Shown here piece by piece: positions 47,484 through 64,000 of a DNA stretch of 64,000 bases. The notes below the pieces were generated by a model. That model did not search any database and was not told where the DNA came from. It saw nothing but the letters and a program-made list of their open reading frames with translations. Positions within the stretch are counted from its first letter, which is position 1. The number at the start of each line of letters is the position of its first letter. Location: NCBI GenBank assembly GCA_964016885.1, contig OZ024742.1:91884001-91948000 (forward strand), given 5' to 3'. The DNA is from Eledone cirrhosa (lineage: Eukaryota). Made by a program: the position numbers and the translations under genes.

Positions 47484-47770
47484 AAAAAAACCTTTCCTCC
47501 CATCTTTTAAAGAATTAGCTTTTAAAGATTTCACTTTTCTTTAAACCCATCAACCAATGACCTCCACCCATTCCAATCCCCACCCTCTCCTACCACCAGA
47601 AAAGATATAAATACCACCGTATTTTCTTGGACAGTCAGCTTCCTGTTGATTTCTCACGAATGAAACAGTTCTAGTCCTGTAGAAGCTTTTCTATATTAAA
47701 TATTTATACTCTACTTTGTATTGAGTTCCTTACTTACTGTGGTTACCCCCGACTGAACCCAGGATAAACA
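47105..47770 (+). mobile_element. Family B hairpin element with central (CA)n and tail
   Basis: Arms 47105-47290 / 47505-47703, tail 47704-47770, HHRs at 47119-47169 (-) and 47637-47687 (+). Confidence 0.85.
47119..47169 (-). ncRNA. Hammerhead ribozyme (family B, covariant stem I)
   Basis: AGCTTC-CTGATGA-t TTC tcac GAA t-GAAA-CAG ttctagtc CTG-TC-GAAGCT. Confidence 0.88.
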
Positions 47771-47774
47771 TATG

Positions 47775-49230
<1,456 letters not shown>

Positions 49231-49360
49231 AACATATCAACTACTTTTTCTGTCAATACATTATTCTAACTGTTTCTAATACAATTAAAAAACAACAACA
49301 CTTGGATTTAATGTATATTTATTGGCGACATTCCTTTACAAATAGTAGTTTCAATACATC

Positions 49361-50706
49361 TCACAAGTGTCTATTGATCCAGTTTCTGAAATATCCGACA
49401 TCAGTAAATGCACTGACATCTCTTTCGCAAGTGCTTCCGAATGAGGTTACTCCTGCTAACACCATTTGGCCATTTGAGCTAGGACAGTAAAGTGGACCAC
49501 CAGAATCACCCTGTAACAACAAACAATATACACATACATGTTAGCGAACTCAGTAAACATCACAGAGACCTTGTAGTATTTAGAGAGTAATTCACAAAAA
49601 CACTTCCTCAATATATTAAGTGGCGTTTTTTTCTTCTCGAGCTAACTTTGGTGTTTCATGGCTCAATGAGACCCCAACTGACAGAACTAAGACCTTGTAT
49701 CTCTGCAATAGAAACGTTTTATAAACTTTTATCCGACATGTGTTGCTATTTCGGTTGATCACTGTCGATGTCTTGTGGCATCATCATTGTAATTATCATC
49801 ATCATAATCATCATCATCATCATCATTATCACATCATTATGTAACGTCAACTTACCCCTCTACCAAGGTTCAGACGGTTTGTCAAGAGATATGGTCCGTA
49901 CACAGAGATAGCCACTGATCCCACAAATTGAGCCCTGCATCTTTCTTACATGCGTATCTGCACTCCACAGAGCCATCAGATAATCCTGCGGTCTGCACCA
50001 CCCAAGAGCATTTTGTAGTGAGATCAGCACTAGGATAGTTATAATGTTTTTCACACACATATATTCACATTCGTTATTTTTCAACACAATAAGATATTTT
50101 TTATCATTTAATCTATATTTTCTACAGTCTACATTAGGTTCAATATCTATTTTCTACATAACTACTTAGTCATCACCTAAGTTCTCTGTTTTATCGTAAC
50201 TCCTTCTCACGTTCACTCAAAGAGATATCGGGGAGAGAGAGATATCAGTTAGCTATCAATATAGTTATTTATTATTATAATACAATATTAACGTACCTGG
50301 CAAGTACCACCACCACCTGGGATAAAATCTCCGGCACATAGAATTCCATCTGCAATGTTCATCATAGAGTTTTGACGACACGTATCAAACGGTATAACGG
50401 GAAGGGCGACCTTCTGTAACTTGTCAGGGCTGTTTCCATTAGCTGAAAATTACACAACAAAATGATGGTTAAAATCTAACAGTGATGTATGTATAGACTG
50501 AAGTAATGAAAACAATGTATAATTGTCTAAAGATATTTACTTGAGACTTTTCCCCATCCAGCAGCCATACATCTACTAGTACCAAAGGTTTCTCCCTGTC
50601 TGGCCATTGTTGCAAATTGGACACAACGTCCTTCGGTTACTGGTCGGTCCAAAGTCAATAGGGCAATGTCGTTCTCTTTAAAAGTAAAATATAAATGTAG
50701 AGTAAG

Positions 50707-50763
<57 letters not shown>

Positions 50764-51010
50764 GAGATAACATACAGGCATCTCTTTTTTGTAGGAAACT
50801 TCACACTTTTGTATTACTGAGTGGATGTGCGTTTACGAAAAGAAAAGGCATTAGAAAAAAATTGATGAATATTAAATAAAGAATTATAAAATAATACAGA
50901 TTTCACAGATTGTCAGTGACGTAATGTATTTGAAACATGTGTAAGAAAATATCAAGTATTTATAAAACTATGATCTTACATCAATAAATGTGCCTTGATT
51001 CACTAATAAC

Positions 51011-51072
<62 letters not shown>

Positions 51073-51078
51073 ACACAC

Positions 51079-51173
<95 letters not shown>

Positions 51174-51728
51174 CACATATATATATATATATATATTCAT
51201 TTCATTAAGGCTAAATAGTGAGTCTTGTTATGCTGGAATTTCGGCTGATCATCGCAGGGTCGTCATACATTTTTTATTAACCTGTTGGATTTCTCTTTGC
51301 TTCGGTGACGTGGCTGGGTCTGTCTGCCACAGCTTTCAATTTGTCATGGCGTCTAACGAATGTTATTGAGAGTCGGACGCGTACATTACAAGCATCGCTT
51401 AGGTCGCGTATCCAGGTTTTTATGAAATCTATCACGTAGCCACCTTTTGACCTTGGGTGTATCAAGGCAACTATATGTTCTTTTGGCGGAAGAATGTATC
51501 GCAAATTGTTAGGTTGAGTTCCGAACAGAGCTCAAGCAGCTTCAAACCATTGGCATTCATCTTACCGATGCGGTAATGGCCTAGTGCATCCCATGTCTCA
51601 TGGTCTCTGCCAACTCGAGCATTGAGATCAACAAGAATTATCACTTTTTCTTCGACTGCAGTAGATGAAATTATGTATATGCATATGTATATATATACAT
51701 ACATGTAAACATACTGATATATATATAA

Positions 51729-51780
<52 letters not shown>

Positions 51781-52355
51781 GCACGCACACATGCGCGCGA
51801 GCGCGCGCACACACATATATATATGTGTGTGTGTGTGTGTATTTGTCGATACCAATATATCTGGCAAAAGGATCGATGGCCCCGATATCAGATCCCTGTT
51901 GATAATCGAGAACATCAGATTGTACAACCAAGTTTCCAACAATGTGTTGTAAGCGCGCACAAATCAGACCGCAACCTCACACCTCATAGCTATCCGCCGC
52001 ATGCGCTGGTACGAACATGTCCAGCGACTGGCACTAGATCATCCTAACAGGGTCTTACGCTATTTCGACGCAGCAGCTACAGGCTGGAAGAGGACCCGCA
52101 CCAGATGGCTGGATGTGATTAAGGAAGATCTGAAGATGATGACGTCACCTTGGAGAATACAGAGAGGCTGGCACGGGACCGCCAGTGATTGGGGGCACTG
52201 GTTAAGCTGGTGGGTACAACGAATGACAATGGCACTGGGATCGCTGACCTATGATGACCCCAATCTCACTGACAACAAGCCAAATAGGAAAGAAGAAACA
52301 ATTAAATATACACATATGTGTGTATGCGTGTATATATGTGTGAGTGTGAGGGGCA

Positions 52356-52416
<61 letters not shown>

Positions 52417-55400
52417 GTGCGTGTGTGTGTGTGTGTGTACGTGTGTGTGTGTGTTACTGTGCGTCAAGAGAAGGGAAATGTAATAAAAACATATCAGAAT
52501 CACAGTAATTGTTGAACTTATTAATCAGAAGTGGAGTGTGTACATAGCAATTGATAATTATTGCTACATAAAGAGAATAGAAATAAGAAATAAGAGGACA
52601 TAATAATTGTTATACTCACGAATCAGACGTGGAGTGTGTGTATATTGACCATGTTTCACAATTTGAGTTACAGCCCTTGACTGGGGACCAAGATCCAATT
52701 TATTGTTGGAACCAACGTTTACAGAAATCTTTTTCACATTTCCTTCCCTAAAATAATACACAATATATTAGCTGATGTGTTTACGTAATTGACTAAGTCC
52801 CTAATATTATACTGTCAGTTGGTGTATTGTATGTATATATGTATGTTTGTGTGTGTGTATGTATGTCAGGTCGCTTTCGAGTGCTACTGGTAACATCCAA
52901 GTACCTGTCTCATTGTCGGGTCGTGGGCGACTAAACCGGCCACCCCACCAAGCCTGCTTGGTGAGGAGAGTGATATTTGGACACCCTGCGGGATGAAATA
53001 CAAGACCCGGCAGAGGGTGGAGGAACTCATCAGAGTCAACAGCCATCCAAATGGTACTTTTTTTACCCTGGGACTGAAAGGCCCCCAGTTGTTGCCACAA
53101 CACTTTTCTAGGAGAGGTAAACTCTTTAAAAAATACCTGCGGCTTTGGAAGCATCCGATGATGTTGACCAGTTCTCCTTTTCGGGTAGTGTTTTCGATGC
53201 TCAGAGTGAGGGATTAGTCGAGTGCAAGGTCTTTCCCCACTTAAAAAACCTTCAAAGCACAGGCATTGGTTGTTCAGGATATGTTACAGTTTTGTGTGAC
53301 TGGGCGTAGCCTAAAAGTGCACCAAAATCTGTAATCTGAAAAACGATTGCAGTACTCTTAGCAGAGTTTGCAGCCATCATGTATGATTCTGTTTCTCTTA
53401 ATTAAGCGTACATTTTTGACTAGCCACCTTCCTGGTGGCAAAGTTGAAATGAAAAGAAATTGTCATCCCTTGAATCGTAAGAATGTTTCGCAAATTTTGA
53501 AAGTGCCTGCTGTCGCAGCCATTTGCAGCCTATGAATTAGGGAGCTGTGCTCTTAGTCCACAAATCCAAGTTCAGTTATACTTTGCTCCAAGTGGGTATG
53601 TATGTATGTATGTATGTATGTATGTATGTATGTATGTATGTATGTATGTATGTATGTATGTATGTATGTATGTTTATGTCAGGTCACCAGTTGGTGCTAC
53701 TGGTAACAACCTGTCTCATGGTCGGGTCGTTGGCGACTAAACTGGCAACCCCACCAAAGTTTCTTGGTGAGGAGGGTGACTTTGGACATCCTGCAGGACT
53801 AAAAACAAAACCTGTCAAAGGGCAAAGGAGCTCTTAAGAGTCAATGGCCATCCAAAATCACCGGGAGAGATGACCCCTTAGCCTTTGTCAAGGCAGAATT
53901 CTAGGAGAAGGAAAACTCTGATATAACACCTGCAACCCTGATGGTATCCAATGATGTTGACTTGTTCTTCTTTTTGGTAAATATCATCTTGGTTAAGAGA
54001 GTGGGACTGGCTTTGTGCAGTGCCTTTGCTCACTATAAAAGCTTCACGGCACAGGCATTGCTTTATATCTGGAGATCTCTCTGCACTTGTCGTCACATGG
54101 TACCATGGGCCCAGCACTATGTGTCAATAATTGTCAAAGGTGTAGTGTTTGTACCAGAGTTTTCAAGTCGCTGGCTGGACTAAAAAGTCACACTTGTTTA
54201 GCGCATCTGTAGGGGTTCTCCTACATGGATAGAAAGTAGTGGCCGTACTCGAAAACGAGTTGGCAGCCACCATGTATGTATGTATGTATGTATGTATGTA
54301 TATGTAGGTGTGTAGGTACGTACGTACATGGGTATGGAGCCATAACTTAACTCCTGATGAGTCATAGGGGCGCCTGGAACCTGGAGGAACCAATCGGCTA
54401 TCGGCTCATCAGGTTTAATACACCAATTTACTTCCAGAGAAAGAGATACATAAATAGAGATAGGAATAAAGATAGTGGTAGAGAGAGTGAGTGGGGAAGA
54501 CTCAACGTCAGTACTTGACTTATACTTTCTTTATCGATCTTGAAATGATCAAGAACAAAGATGATCATGGCGAGATTTGAACTGGGAGTGCAGAAAATCT
54601 GAAGGAACACCTCAAAACATTCTATCCGCTGTTCTAATGAATCTGCAAATTAATCGCCTAAGGAAGTATTAAAATGTGATATCGGTTACATATAGATGAT
54701 ATACTTACAGACAATGAGCTGCTGTCAATACGTGTGTAGAATCAATTAAAGTACCTCCACATACACTAACCATGTTGGGGTTTGGTTGGTTAGAAACCTG
54801 GAGGTGGACAATGGATGGAAACTCACACTGTCGAGCTGGAGATCCTTCAACAATTTGAGTTTTAGGAGCTGAAAGAAAATCGCAAAAAGGTTAAACATTT
54901 TTCCGAGCCTTATAATACAGTAAGGAGAGATGAACACAGATACATAACTATATGTGTTCAAATCACAAGAGATAGAAACCGCCAGGGTGAAGAAAATACT
55001 GACTAAAATAATATGGTACACGGAACCCAATCAAAAGGATAAATTGAGATATACGAACCGACCATGATAACAGTTTACGGGTAGAACTGTTCCGCAAAAT
55101 TCAGTGAAGAGCATTACTGGAGGGGTGATTTTCAACGGGTACCCACGGCAATACTCACCTCACTACTATGTTTTATAGAAGACTAAATAACACATGTGCG
55201 TTAAGAGGGAAAGCACATGGATATAACGTGCCGGGCTGAACGAATAGAACGTAAGGTTACTAGAAAAAATAGCAGCCAGGACCATTTGATATATCATTTT
55301 CTTCACCCTGGCAGTTTCTGTCCCTTGTGATTTAAACATATATAGTTATATATCTGTGTTCGTCTCTCCTTACTGTATATATATATAATGGTATCTTATA

Positions 55401-55601
55401 TAGGCACATGACCAGCAATTTGCGGGAGCAAAATGTCAATTAAATCAACGCCAGTGCGTGACTGGTACTTTATTTTATCGACCCTGTAAGGATGAAAGGC
55501 AAAGTTAACCTCGGCGGGATTTGAACTCAGATCATAAAGGGCCGTAACTCTTTGCTGCAAATCCTGGCGTCCGGCCCCTCTACCGATACTGCCAATCCAT
55601 C

Positions 55602-55653
<52 letters not shown>

Positions 55654-55788
55654 GTACGTATGTTCGGAAAATATATACTGTGATGTGTTTAAGTGATATA
55701 ATGATTCGTTTACCAAGAAAATAAACCATCAACACCTACCAGCAAAAGCTGAAGCGATCGTAAGCAGAAGGCAACACAGAGACAACAT
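49361..55788 (-). CDS. Secreted S1A chymotrypsin-like serine protease, copy 1, 255 aa, 6 coding exons: 55788-55740, 54868-54709, 52747-52620, 50675-50541, 50442-50297, 49510-49361
   Basis: All introns GT-AG with consistent phases 1,2,1,1,0. Signal peptide [44 protein letters not shown]; AATAAA at 49318-49323. Confidence 0.95.
51240..51670 (-). mobile_element. RTE LINE endonuclease fragment (intronic)
   Basis: [28 protein letters not shown]. Confidence 0.75.
51845..52260 (+). mobile_element. RTE LINE 3' fragment (intronic)
   Basis: [20 protein letters not shown]; the paralogous intron keeps a remnant at 61300-61378. Confidence 0.7.
55398..55604 (-). mobile_element. tRNA-derived SINE (intron 1)
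   Basis: A-box TGGCAGTATCGG, B-box GAGTTCAAATCCC on minus. Confidence 0.8.
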
Positions 55789-55845
55789 GGTGCTACTAGA
55801 TATGTAGAAACACCGAACTGTTGCTAGAGCTATAGACTGTGGGGT

Positions 55846-55852
55846 TTTTATA
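55846..55852 (-). promoter_or_regulatory. TATA box of protease copy 1
   Basis: TATAAAA about 60 nt upstream of the ATG. Confidence 0.7.
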
Positions 55853-56396
55853 AGCAAATGTACTTAGGTAAACATAGGTTGTGAAAGAACAGGTGAAATT
55901 ATGTTTTTCTTATGTTAGCGTGATAATCAATATAATTTTATATTATATCCCTCACGAATCTATCTAATTTCTATTGCGCAAATATTGTTATCTATTGTGA
56001 GGAATTGCATAGATTACATTACTTAAACGTTCGTGTAATGTATTTTCTTAGAATTATTTGCAGAAAGAAATTCTTTATTTGAACTACTATCTTTTCTTGT
56101 GTAGATATTTTAATAGATGGGAAAACGTTCATATGGTAGCTTCAATCACAAGAATATTTTTTCTCACCAGTCATAATCTGACCAACAATGATTATCATTG
56201 AATTCTTTTACACAAAACTTTATTCAGATTTTCTATATGTTTTTGTTGTGCCTAGAAACATTGATTTTATTCCTTATAGGGACAACATACATTAGTTTAC
56301 AATAGAGCATTGTTATTCTATGGACATATTATTAGAATATTGATGGCTGATTTCAGCTGCTCATCTGCTAAAGGTTTATCACTAATGACACTTGAC

Positions 56397-56403
56397 TATA
56401 AAA
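56397..56403 (+). promoter_or_regulatory. TATA box of protease copy 2
   Basis: TATAAAA about 50 nt upstream of GCCACCATG. Confidence 0.7.
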
Positions 56404-56452
56404 GCCGCAAAATCTTTAAATCTTTACGAACAGTGTAACGTCAAGTGCCACC

Positions 56453-64000
<7,548 letters not shown>

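Noticed and set aside
52866-53000. Possible HDV-like ribozyme (GGG-TCG tggg CGA-CTAA), also at about 53680-53790
   Set aside because: A P4 and J4/2-like part is visible, but I could not close P1, P3 and P1.1 by eye. It needs a descriptor search.

Overview
AT-rich, microsatellite-dense metazoan DNA, probably an octopus/cephalopod (inferred from the repeat content). It has one 200-N assembly gap. The only host genes I can support are two near-identical six-exon secreted S1A serine protease genes arranged head-to-head (49361-55788 minus; 56453 to beyond 64000 plus). The rest is mobile DNA: a near-full-length RTE LINE, an R4/Dong fragment, a hAT, a mariner, two non-autonomous Helitrons, tRNA-derived SINEs and many Penelope-like elements (PLEs). 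The main structural observation is a multi-family set of PLE-derived insertions, mostly in (TA)n tracts. They share one architecture: two inverted arms, with a 40-95 nt tail on only one arm. Many carry hammerhead ribozyme (HHR) motifs, including non-canonical cores (U4A, U3-A8, U10.1/U11.1) supported by cross-copy conservation or covariation. All alignments, counts and folds were done by eye. Element boundaries are approximate unless tied to a motif.
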